A stretch of 64,000 nucleotides of DNA from contig JAXLQJ010000001.1 of assembly GCA_046331705.1 (NCBI GenBank), positions 62,001 through 126,000 of the forward strand, written 5' to 3'. Both the position numbers and the translations under genes were made by a program. A model generated the notes under the pieces. The model was not told the DNA's origin. It saw nothing but the letters and a program-made list of their open reading frames with translations, and made no database searches. The stretch comes from a bacterium. Lineage in GTDB: Bacteria > JADJOY01. Below, piece after piece: positions 27,486-36,186 of the stretch (its first letter is position 1; each line of letters opens with the position of its first letter).

Positions 27486-27926
27486 ATGGACGCCACCTGC
27501 ACGCCCTCGGAGTTGCGTTGGCGGGTGCCCTGCTTTCCCCTGTCGATTCCCGTGCTGAACGCCACGGAAGCGTCCGTGCGGAGTCACGATCGCCTGGCCC
27601 TGGAGCGTGCGCGCGCGGCTTGGGTCACGGCGATGGGGCTCGGCTACACGGACGACGAAAGGGATGAAAACTCGTTCGAGGATCGCGCTTGGGACCCGGT
27701 GACCCAGTGTTGGCGTCTGACTCAGGCGTTCTTCGGTGTCGTGTGCCGCGTCGCGTCTCGGATGCACGAGAGCGGCGTGATCCGGGAGATCTTCGGGCGC
27801 TCGATTCCCGTGATTCCCGACGAGCACGACGCGTCGCCGGAAATCCACGCCGCGCGGGCGCTCGCCGCCAATCCGCCTGACCTCGTCGTCGACCACCTCC
27901 GCTTCGTCTTCGATCGCTGCCGGTGA
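27486..27926 (+). pseudogene. Probable degenerate C-terminal fragment of a DUF4303-like protein
   Basis: VASRMHESGVIREIFGRSIPVI...AANPPDLV matches the C-terminal pattern of such proteins; the N-terminal half appears missing and there is no clear RBS. Confidence 0.4.
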
Positions 27927-28178
27927 CGCGCGCCGCTCACACGGACTCGCTGCACTCTCGGATCTCGTCCCGGAGCTGGCTGCACGGCGGACGTGCGCGC
28001 TTGCCCGCGCCCATTCGAGCGGGCGGGCGCGTGGGCGCTGGCGGAACGGAAAATCGCACGGTCCGGCTTGAGTGTGGGTTTGGAAGCCGGTTAGCCTGGT
28101 CAGGTTGGCCTCGCGCCGGCCCGACGGGGGTTTGCCCGGGTGGCGCGCGTTTCGATCTCGTCTCGACTTCGGATCGCC

Positions 28179-29309
28179 ATGATCACCGTCGACTACCTCA
28201 TCGTCGGCTCTGGCCTCACGGGCGCCGTGATCGCGCGCGCGCTGCTGGACGCCGGCCGCGAAGTACTGGTCGTGGACCGCCGCTCGCACATGGGCGGCAA
28301 CGTCCACGATCACGCCCACGCCAGCGGCATCCGCATCCACACGTACGGTCCGCACTACTTCCGGACCTCGTCGGATCGGATCTGGGAGTTCGCGAACCGC
28401 TTCAGCTCGTTCTATCGCTACGAGGCGGCGCTCCTGAGCGACGTCGCAGGCGAGCTGGCGCAGTGGCCCATCGCCGGCAGCTACATCCAGAAGCTCGTGG
28501 GCGAGCGCTGGGCGCCCGAGTTCAAGGGCAAGCCCACCAACTTCGAGGAAGCGGCGCTGTCGCTGATGCCTCGCCGCGTCTACGAGCTCTTCGTCAAGGA
28601 ATACAACGAGAAGCAGTGGGGCGTGCCCGCGCACACGCTGGCGGCGCGGCTCTGCACCCGCTTCGACGTGCGCCACGACGACGAGCCGCGGCTCAAGCCC
28701 GACTGCAAGCACCAGGGCATCCCGGAGCTGGGCTACGCCGGCTGGATGCGCGAGATGCTGCGCGGCGTGCCGGTGCTGCTCAACTTCGACTACCTGAGGA
28801 ACCGCGAGCGCACGAAAGCCCGCCGGCTCCTGGTCTTCACCGGCCCCATCGACGAGTACTTCGGCTTCGACCTGGGGCGCCTCCACTACCGCGGCCAGCG
28901 GCGCATCCACGAGTACCTGCCGGACGTCGATCGAGCCCAGCCCTGCGGCCAGCTCAACAATCCCACGCACGCCGGCGGGCCGCACATCCGGACCCTCGAG
29001 TGGAAGCACATGATGCGCCCCGACGTGGCGTCGCGCATCCGCGGCACGGTGCTCACCCGCGAGATCACCTACTCGCCGGAGGAGCCCAGCGCCTACGAGT
29101 ACCCGTTTCCCGACGACGCCAACCAGGCGCTCTACCAGCGTTACCGCGATCGCGCCGACGCCCTCGAGCGGGTGCTCGTGTGCGGGCGGCTGGGCGAGTA
29201 CCGCTACTTCGACATGGATCAGGCCATCGCGCGCGCCATGGTGCTCGCCGAGCGCGTCCTCGCGGACGCGTCGTCGGTCGGCAACGTGGAGGCGCTGCCG
29301 GCGGTGTGA
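28179..29309 (+). CDS. glf: UDP-galactopyranose mutase
   Basis: DYLIVGSGLTG, RSHMGGN, HTYGPHYF, EKQWG, FTGPIDEYF, YEYP, GRLGEYRYFDMDQAI. Confidence 0.93.
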   Translation: MITVDYLIVGSGLTGAVIARALLDAGREVLVVDRRSHMGGNVHDHAHASGIRIHTYGPHYFRTSSDRIWEFANRFSSFYRYEAALLSDVAGELAQWPIAGSYIQKLVGERWAPEFKGKPTNFEEAALSLMPRRVYELFVKEYNEKQWGVPAHTLAARLCTRFDVRHDDEPRLKPDCKHQGIPELGYAGWMREMLRGVPVLLNFDYLRNRERTKARRLLVFTGPIDEYFGFDLGRLHYRGQRRIHEYLPDVDRAQPCGQLNNPTHAGGPHIRTLEWKHMMRPDVASRIRGTVLTREITYSPEEPSAYEYPFPDDANQALYQRYRDRADALERVLVCGRLGEYRYFDMDQAIARAMVLAERVLADASSVGNVEALPAV

Positions 29310-29310
29310 G

Positions 29311-31272
29311 GTGGTGAAGGCCGCGCGCACTTCCCGTCACGCGGCATTCCCGCTCGCGGGGGTGGCGTTCGTGGCACTCGGGGCGTGCCTCGGCTCGGGC
29401 GGCGCGGCCCGCGCCGCCGACGTCACGATCCCGATCCACGTCGAGCACGAGCTGATCCAAGAGGTGCTCACGCGCGAGGTCTTCGACGGCCCGGGCGGCA
29501 CCGCGAACGCCTGGAAGGACGCTTCCGGGTGCAGCTTCCTGACGCTCTCGACACCGCGCCTGGGGAGCCTGGGCGTTCGGCTCCACCTGCTGGCGAATGG
29601 CGAGGCGAAGGTCGGCAAGAAGATCGGCGCCGCTTGCGTCTACGCGTTCGAGTGGAAGGGCACCGTCGACGTGGTCGAGGAGGTGCGCGTCGATTCCGAT
29701 CACCCGATCGTCCACTTCCGCGTCGTCGACGCGACCCTTGAGGGCGCGGAGCCCGATCGCTCGTACGCCAGCACCGTCCTGCGCTGGGTCGAGACCTACG
29801 TCCGGCCGCGGCTCGAAACGATCACGGTCGACCTGCGCCCCACCCTCATGGAGCTCGAGGAGCTGATTCCCACGGTGCTGCCGCGCGAATCGCCCGAGAC
29901 CGTGGACCAGATCGTGAAATCGTTCCGGGTGGTGAGCGCGGAAGCGGACCCGACCGGGATGCTCACGCGGATTCGTCTCGAGCTTCCCGATCGGCCCGCG
30001 CCCACCGCCGCCGCGGGCCCGACGGGGGCGCCGCGCGTCGGCGCGGTGGACGAGGGCGAGGAGCCGACCGACACCACACCGCGCGCCGAGCCTGCCCTCA
30101 CCGCGGAGGAGCTGGCGCGCTGGGACGCCGCGTGGCAGCGCTGGGACGCGTTCCTCACCTTCGTGGCGAAGCACGTCGCGCACGACGCCGAATCGCGCGA
30201 GCTACGCGATGCGCTGCTCGCCGTGCTGCTCGACGCGCGTGCCGACGTGGCCGAGATCCTGGCGCCGACACAGCCCGGCGGACCCGACCCGATCCGCTCG
30301 CTCTTCACGACCACCTGGGCGCGTCTGGCTCCCGTGCTGCGCACCGTCACCGCGACCTTGCCCGGCTCCGAGGCGCTTCGTTACGTGAGCTTCATCTCCG
30401 CGGGCGATGCCCTCACCGCCCTCGACGCGATGGGGCCGCAGCTCGGCTTCGACATCACCGCAGACGGATTGCGCCGCATGGCGCGGATGATCACGCCCCA
30501 GCTCGCGGAGGATCCGCTGGCCTACGGGGAGCAAGTCGATCCGGAGCTCAGGCGCATCTTCGGGTTCGGCACGCCGCTGGTGCTCCCCGGCGAGCGCGAT
30601 GCCGCGATCGCTGCGCCGCTCCCGAACGCTGCCGCGCCGGCCACGCCGCCCGTCGACGACGCCGCGCGAGCGCTCGAGCAGGCGCGCGAGCGCCTGGCCG
30701 CGTGGGCCCCTCAGCGCGAGGAGTTGGACGAGTACCTGCCGCTGGTGCGCACGCTGCTGCTCGGAGCCGCCGACCGCGCCATGGAGGCCTACGGGCTCGC
30801 GCCGGAAGAGCGCCCGTGGTTCGGCTCGCTGGTGCTCGCGACCGCCTGGCAGGAGAGCTGCTGGCGGCATTGGACCCAGAACCGCGGGGGCGAGCTCAAG
30901 CCGATTCGTTCCCGCGCTGGCGCGGTGGGCATCATGCAGGTGCTCGAGCGCTCGTGGCGCGGCTTCTACGACCTGCGCGCGCTGCGCGACGACATCGACT
31001 ACAACGCCCGCGCGGGAGTCGAGATCCTGCTTCGCTACCTGACCGAGTACGCAGCCGGCGAGGCCGGGGCCAGCCGAGCGCGAAGCGAGGATCGGCTCGC
31101 GCGCACGGCGTACGCGATCTACCACGCCGGGCCGAAGCGAGGCAGCGAGCGGGTCGGCAACCCGCGGACGCCGGCGCGGCTGCGCAAGATCGACGACCAG
31201 TTCTGGCAACGCTACCAGTACGTGCGCAACGGCGAGGACGGACGGGTGCGGTCGTGCTGGGGCGGCTCGTGA
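29311..31272 (+). CDS. Exported protein with C-terminal lytic transglycosylase (SLT) domain
   Basis: Signal peptide (AARA); SLT motifs AWQESCW, GAVGIMQV, YNARAG, AIYHAGP. Confidence 0.82.
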   Translation: MVKAARTSRHAAFPLAGVAFVALGACLGSGGAARAADVTIPIHVEHELIQEVLTREVFDGPGGTANAWKDASGCSFLTLSTPRLGSLGVRLHLLANGEAKVGKKIGAACVYAFEWKGTVDVVEEVRVDSDHPIVHFRVVDATLEGAEPDRSYASTVLRWVETYVRPRLETITVDLRPTLMELEELIPTVLPRESPETVDQIVKSFRVVSAEADPTGMLTRIRLELPDRPAPTAAAGPTGAPRVGAVDEGEEPTDTTPRAEPALTAEELARWDAAWQRWDAFLTFVAKHVAHDAESRELRDALLAVLLDARADVAEILAPTQPGGPDPIRSLFTTTWARLAPVLRTVTATLPGSEALRYVSFISAGDALTALDAMGPQLGFDITADGLRRMARMITPQLAEDPLAYGEQVDPELRRIFGFGTPLVLPGERDAAIAAPLPNAAAPATPPVDDAARALEQARERLAAWAPQREELDEYLPLVRTLLLGAADRAMEAYGLAPEERPWFGSLVLATAWQESCWRHWTQNRGGELKPIRSRAGAVGIMQVLERSWRGFYDLRALRDDIDYNARAGVEILLRYLTEYAAGEAGASRARSEDRLARTAYAIYHAGPKRGSERVGNPRTPARLRKIDDQFWQRYQYVRNGEDGRVRSCWGGS

Positions 31273-31286
31273 CGGGCGCCGCCCGA

Positions 31287-32351
31287 TCAGGGCTTGGGAT
31301 GGCGCGAGAAGAAGTCCCAGATGACCTGCGACGCATCGATGTTCTGCGACGACTTGCCGGCCATGCGGTTGAGCAGGAACGACTTGAACTCGTACGGGGG
31401 CCAGGTGTGACCGCCTCCCGCGATCGTGTAGAAGACCAGGTCGGCGCCGTTGCGGCAGCCGGAGAAGGCCACCTTCCTGACGCTGGTTCCGTCGTCCACC
31501 CGCGTCGGAAGCTGGCTGACGAGCGGCTCGGCGGAGCAGCCGTTGTGCTTCGCCCAGAATTCCTTCATCGCCGCCTCGGACTCGAGCTGTCCGCCGTCTC
31601 CCTTGCCGTTCTTCCAGCCTTCCTCGCCGCCTTGCAGCGGGACGAACTCGTCGGCATCCCCCATGATCGACACCACCGCCACCGGCGAGGTGGGTTTGCA
31701 GTTGGGGCGGTGCTTCGAGGCCAGCGAGCCCACCACCGGCCCGATCGCGGCAAACACGTCGCTCATGTCGCACGCGAGGCGGTAGCTGAACATCCCGCCG
31801 TTCGAGATGCCGGTGGAGTAGACCCGCTTGGAGTCGATCGGATACGTGTTGCGGAGCTTGTCGTAGAGCGCGCGCACGAACTTCACGTCGTCGACGCCCA
31901 TCTTGGACGGCTCGGTGGTGCCGCGGCCGTCGTTCCAGTTCTTCTCGATCCCGTCGGGGTAGACGACCACGAAGCCATGGCGATCGGCGAGCGTGTTCAT
32001 GTGCGAGAGCCCAGCCTGCTGACGGCCGTCGCCGCGCCCACCGTGGAAGTTGAAGACCAGCGGATACGAGCCGGAGGGGCTCATCCCAGACGGAAGGTGC
32101 AAATAAAAGGTACGCTGGCGGCCGTCGACCGTGATCGAGTCGTCTCGATCCGTGCCGCCACCGCTCGCCGGCGTCTCGGCCTCGCGAGCGGCACCCGATG
32201 TTTCCGATGCGGGGGCCGATTGGCCCTCGCGCATCTGGCGCCAGCGTTCGAGACGCGGGAAGCGCCCCTCGCCAGCGGCACAGTGGGACGAAGTGCCGAG
32301 CACGAGCATCGAAAAGAGCAGCCCCCGGATCATGCGTTTCGTCGTCGCCAC
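31287..32351 (-). CDS. Exported PHB-depolymerase/LpqC-family esterase
   Basis: GTG start with GAGGAGG RBS; signal peptide; FHGG, VVYPDG...WN, DDVKFV, TGISNGG (GxSxG), GGGHTWP. Confidence 0.88.
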   Translation of the reverse strand: MATTKRMIRGLLFSMLVLGTSSHCAAGEGRFPRLERWRQMREGQSAPASETSGAAREAETPASGGGTDRDDSITVDGRQRTFYLHLPSGMSPSGSYPLVFNFHGGRGDGRQQAGLSHMNTLADRHGFVVVYPDGIEKNWNDGRGTTEPSKMGVDDVKFVRALYDKLRNTYPIDSKRVYSTGISNGGMFSYRLACDMSDVFAAIGPVVGSLASKHRPNCKPTSPVAVVSIMGDADEFVPLQGGEEGWKNGKGDGGQLESEAAMKEFWAKHNGCSAEPLVSQLPTRVDDGTSVRKVAFSGCRNGADLVFYTIAGGGHTWPPYEFKSFLLNRMAGKSSQNIDASQVIWDFFSRHPKP

Positions 32352-32548
32352 CGTTCGCCTCCTCGTGCGCAGGGCGGTACGTTCGTCGTCCCCGTGCGCG
32401 CGCCCAAGATAGCAGGGGCCGCTCGATGGCTCGCGCGCGTGGCCCCGCCTCCGTCGCTTCGCCACACCCAGGAAAGCTCGCGAAAAATGCTCCGATCCAC
32501 TGAACAACTCCTCGATCATCGGCTACTCTGCCCGATTCGGTTCTGATT

Positions 32549-35500
32549 TTGGCTCGTCGTCGTTTCATGCGGCCGGCTACCCGCACTTCTCCGCTGCTCA
32601 CGCATCGCGCCGCCCAGGCGTTTCATCCCCTGGACCGGGAGCGAGGCTCGGCCTACGCGCGCCAGCGGCGAGTGCGAATCGCGAATCATTCGTCCTACGG
32701 CGTGCGCGCGCACGTCGCGGGGAGCGGTGGGCGCACCTACGTCGTGGATCTGCAATGGGCCACCGCCGACGGCATCGACTCGGCGAAGGCCTATTGCGAG
32801 TGCCCGCGGTTCAGCGACGGCGTGCTCTGCAAGCACGTGTGGGCGACCCTGCTCCATCTCGACGAGCACGGCCCCGCCCCCGATCTGCACGGCGCGGGAC
32901 AGATCCGCGTGGTGCGATCGAGCCCGGGTTTCCGCGCCGACGACGACGACACCACTGGCGAGCCCATCGAAGAGGAGCGGCCCCCCATACCCGAGCCCGA
33001 GGTCGAGCGCGGGCCGGTGCGACGCGGCGCGTGGCACGTGCGCCGCGAGGCGCGCGATCGAGAGCGGGAACGCGGCGGGCGTGGCCCCACGACGCCCAAC
33101 GAACGCGTCATGCACCGGCGACCCATCGCCGGCGCACGTTGGAAGGTGCGGATCGACCAGATCCGCCACGCCCTCGAAGAGCACAATCGCTGGACCAAGC
33201 TCAACGCCGCCGACGCGAGCCGGCCGCGGGAGATCTGGTACGTCGTCGACCTCGCCAGCACCTTCGCGCGCGGTCATCTGGTGGTGCTCTTCCACCAGCG
33301 GCCGGTGAAGAAGACCGGCGAGCTCGGCCAGCTCAAACCGGTGCGACTGAGCGAGCTCGAGGCCGATCACCTGCTCGATCCCGAAGATCGCGCGCTGGTG
33401 CCGCTCATCCTCGGCAACGTGCGTCACGCCGACCAATACGGTTACGGCCACGACTTCGTCGGCCCCAACGCTCGCTATGCCGGCGCCGCGATCCGCCCCG
33501 CGCTCTACGATCTGCTGCTGCCGCGGCTCAGCGCCACCGGTCGCTTCGGCTGGATCGAGGAGCTCGGCCAGGGGAAGACCGCCGACCTGCCGCGCCCGCT
33601 GGTGTGGGACGCTGGAGACCCCTGGCGCTTCGAGCTCGAGCTCAGGCGCGAGCGCGAGAAGAACGAGGACCGGCTGGTGCTGCGCGGGCGGCTGGTGCGC
33701 GGCGACGAGAAGGTGGACGTGGAGGCGCCCGAGATGCTCCTCGCCCACGGCCTGGTGCTCTTCAAGGATCGGGTGGCGCGACTTTCCAGCACCGAGTCCT
33801 TCGAGTGGATCCTCAACCTGCGCAAGCAGGGCCCGCTCGTGGTGCCGGCGCGGGAAGGCGAGCCCCTGGTCGAGCGCCTGTGGCAGACGCCGGGGACACC
33901 GCCGCTCGATCTGCCCACCGATTTCCGTTGGCGTGAGCGCCGCCCCGCCCCGATCCCGCGCATCCGCATCCATCCGCCCAACGAGGCGTGGCACGGCGCG
34001 AGCCTGTCGGCGGAGGTCTCGTTCGAGTACGAGGGTCTGCACGCACCCGCCAGCAGCGAGGTGCCGAGCCTGGTGCGGCGCGATCAGCGGATCGTGATCC
34101 ACCGCGACCTGGTGAAGGAAGGCGAGGCGCTCGCGAAGCTGCCGCCGCTCGGCTTCCGCTCGTTCAGCCGCGGCACGGGTCGCGTCGGGCACTTCGAGCT
34201 CAATCCGCGGCGTCTCGCCACCGCCGTGCCCGCGCTGCTCGACTCCGGTTTCCGAGTCGAGGCCGAAGGTCACAAGATCCGGCGGCCGGGCAAGTTCCAG
34301 ATGAGCGTGAGCACGGGCCTCGACTGGTTCGACCTGAGCGCCTCGATCGACTTCGAGGGCACCAAGGTGGGGCTGCCCGAGCTGCTCGCCGCCGTGCGAC
34401 GCGGCGACGCGTTCGTGACGCTGGGCGACGGGTCGCGTGGCTTGCTGCCCGAGGATTGGCTGGTGCGCTACGCGGGCCTCGCGGACCTGGGCGAGGTCCA
34501 CGGCGACCAGTTGCGCTTCGGGCGTTCGCAGGTGCTGCTGCTCGACGCGTTGCTCTCGGCGCAGGGCACGCCGGACGTGGACGAAGCGTTCCGCGCGGCA
34601 CGCCAGGAGCTCGAGGCGTTCGACGGCATCAAGGCATCGGATCCGCCCGAGACGTTCACCGGCACGCTGCGCCAGTACCAGAAGGAAGGGCTCGCGTGGC
34701 TCGACTTCCTGGATCGCTTCGGCTTCGGCGGATGCCTGGCCGACGACATGGGTCTCGGGAAGACCATCCAGATCCTGGCGCTGCTCGAGCGGCGACGGCT
34801 CAGCGGGCCGCGCAGCGAGCGCTTGCCATCCTTGGTGGTGGTGCCGCGCAGCCTGGTGTTCAACTGGGTCGAGGAAGCGCAGCGCTTCACGCCCGCGCTC
34901 AAGATTCTCGACTACACCGGCGCCGAGCGCAGCCTCGACGCGCTGGGCGATTTCGATCTCGTCATCACCACGTACGGCACGCTGCGCCGCGACATCGTCA
35001 AGCTCAAGGAGCTCGAGTTCGATTACGCGATCATCGACGAGGCGCAGGCCATCAAGAACGCCACGTCGCAGGCGGCCAAGGCTTGCCGCATCGTGCGCGC
35101 GCGCCGCCGTCTCGCGCTGAGCGGCACGCCGGTCGAGAACCACCTCCGCGAGCTGTGGTCGATCTTCGAGTTCCTGAATCCCGGCATGCTCGGACGCTCG
35201 GCGGCGCTCACCTGGCATTCCAGCGACGACAATCCGGAGGACGGCGGCTCGCTCGCGCTGCTGGGCAAATCGCTCCGCCCCTTCATCCTGCGCCGCACCA
35301 AGGAGCAGGTGCTCGAAGAGCTGCCGGAAAAGACCGAGCAGACGCTCTTCTGCGAGCTCTCCACCGAGGAGCGCGCGCGTTACGACGAGCTGCGCGAGCA
35401 TTACCGCGGCACGTTGCTGGGCCAGATCGACACCGTCGGCATCAAGCGCAGCAAGATCCAGGTGCTCGAAGCGCTGCTCCGACTTCGCCAGGCCGCGTGC

Positions 35501-36046
35501 CATCCGGGGCTCGTCGATCCGGCGCGCGTCAAGGACCCCAGCTCCAAGCTCACCACGCTGATCGAGCAAGTCCGTGAGGTCATCGAGGGCGGCCACAAGG
35601 CGCTGGTGTTCTCCCAGTTCACCAGCCTGCTCGCGATCGTGCGGTCGCGCCTCGACGAGGCCGGCGTGCGCTACGAGTACCTGGATGGCCGCACCCGCGA
35701 CCGCGAGCGACACGTGCGGCATTTCCAGGACGATACCGAGTGCCAACTCTTCCTGATCAGCCTCAAGGCCGGCGGTCAGGGGCTCAACCTCACCGCTGCG
35801 GACTACGTGTTCATCCTCGATCCGTGGTGGAACCCGGCGGTGGAAGCGCAGGCGGTCGATCGCGCTCACCGCATCGGCCAGCAACGTCACGTGTTCGCGT
35901 ACCGGCTCATCGCGCGAGATACGGTGGAAGAGAAGATCGTGGCGCTGCAGGCCCGCAAGAAGACCCTCGCCGAGGCGATCATCACCGCCGATCAGAGCCT
36001 GATCCAGACGCTGACCGCCGAGGATCTGCAGCTCTTGCTGGGCTGA
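32549..36046 (+). CDS. SWIM zinc finger / SNF2-family helicase
   Basis: CECP...CKH (SWIM); LRQYQ, LADDMGLGKT, DEAQ, SGTPVEN, LRRTK, FSQFT, SLKAGGQGLNLT, QAVDRAHRIGQ. Confidence 0.95.
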   Translation: MARRRFMRPATRTSPLLTHRAAQAFHPLDRERGSAYARQRRVRIANHSSYGVRAHVAGSGGRTYVVDLQWATADGIDSAKAYCECPRFSDGVLCKHVWATLLHLDEHGPAPDLHGAGQIRVVRSSPGFRADDDDTTGEPIEEERPPIPEPEVERGPVRRGAWHVRREARDRERERGGRGPTTPNERVMHRRPIAGARWKVRIDQIRHALEEHNRWTKLNAADASRPREIWYVVDLASTFARGHLVVLFHQRPVKKTGELGQLKPVRLSELEADHLLDPEDRALVPLILGNVRHADQYGYGHDFVGPNARYAGAAIRPALYDLLLPRLSATGRFGWIEELGQGKTADLPRPLVWDAGDPWRFELELRREREKNEDRLVLRGRLVRGDEKVDVEAPEMLLAHGLVLFKDRVARLSSTESFEWILNLRKQGPLVVPAREGEPLVERLWQTPGTPPLDLPTDFRWRERRPAPIPRIRIHPPNEAWHGASLSAEVSFEYEGLHAPASSEVPSLVRRDQRIVIHRDLVKEGEALAKLPPLGFRSFSRGTGRVGHFELNPRRLATAVPALLDSGFRVEAEGHKIRRPGKFQMSVSTGLDWFDLSASIDFEGTKVGLPELLAAVRRGDAFVTLGDGSRGLLPEDWLVRYAGLADLGEVHGDQLRFGRSQVLLLDALLSAQGTPDVDEAFRAARQELEAFDGIKASDPPETFTGTLRQYQKEGLAWLDFLDRFGFGGCLADDMGLGKTIQILALLERRRLSGPRSERLPSLVVVPRSLVFNWVEEAQRFTPALKILDYTGAERSLDALGDFDLVITTYGTLRRDIVKLKELEFDYAIIDEAQAIKNATSQAAKACRIVRARRRLALSGTPVENHLRELWSIFEFLNPGMLGRSAALTWHSSDDNPEDGGSLALLGKSLRPFILRRTKEQVLEELPEKTEQTLFCELSTEERARYDELREHYRGTLLGQIDTVGIKRSKIQVLEALLRLRQAACHPGLVDPARVKDPSSKLTTLIEQVREVIEGGHKALVFSQFTSLLAIVRSRLDEAGVRYEYLDGRTRDRERHVRHFQDDTECQLFLISLKAGGQGLNLTAADYVFILDPWWNPAVEAQAVDRAHRIGQQRHVFAYRLIARDTVEEKIVALQARKKTLAEAIITADQSLIQTLTAEDLQLLLG

Positions 36047-36186
36047 GCCCGTCGGATCTCGGAGGATCCCCGTGCGGCGGCGCGGCCCGCCGCGGGGCGG
36101 GCGCGTGTTGCTGACGGCGAATTCGCGGTGACATCATGGAGACGCCTTCGCACGGCCGCTCCTCGCCCGCCCGTGGTGGTCTCGCC

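Noticed and set aside
31287-32351. Esterase as a true PHB depolymerase linked to the phasin-like gene, or as a quencher of the proposed ester signal
   Set aside because: The family is broad, the genes are far apart, and substrate cannot be read from the sequence.
32549-36046. SNF2 helicase as part of an anti-phage system
   Set aside because: Ordinary SWIM-SNF2 architecture, with no adjacent methylase, nuclease or other defence gene.
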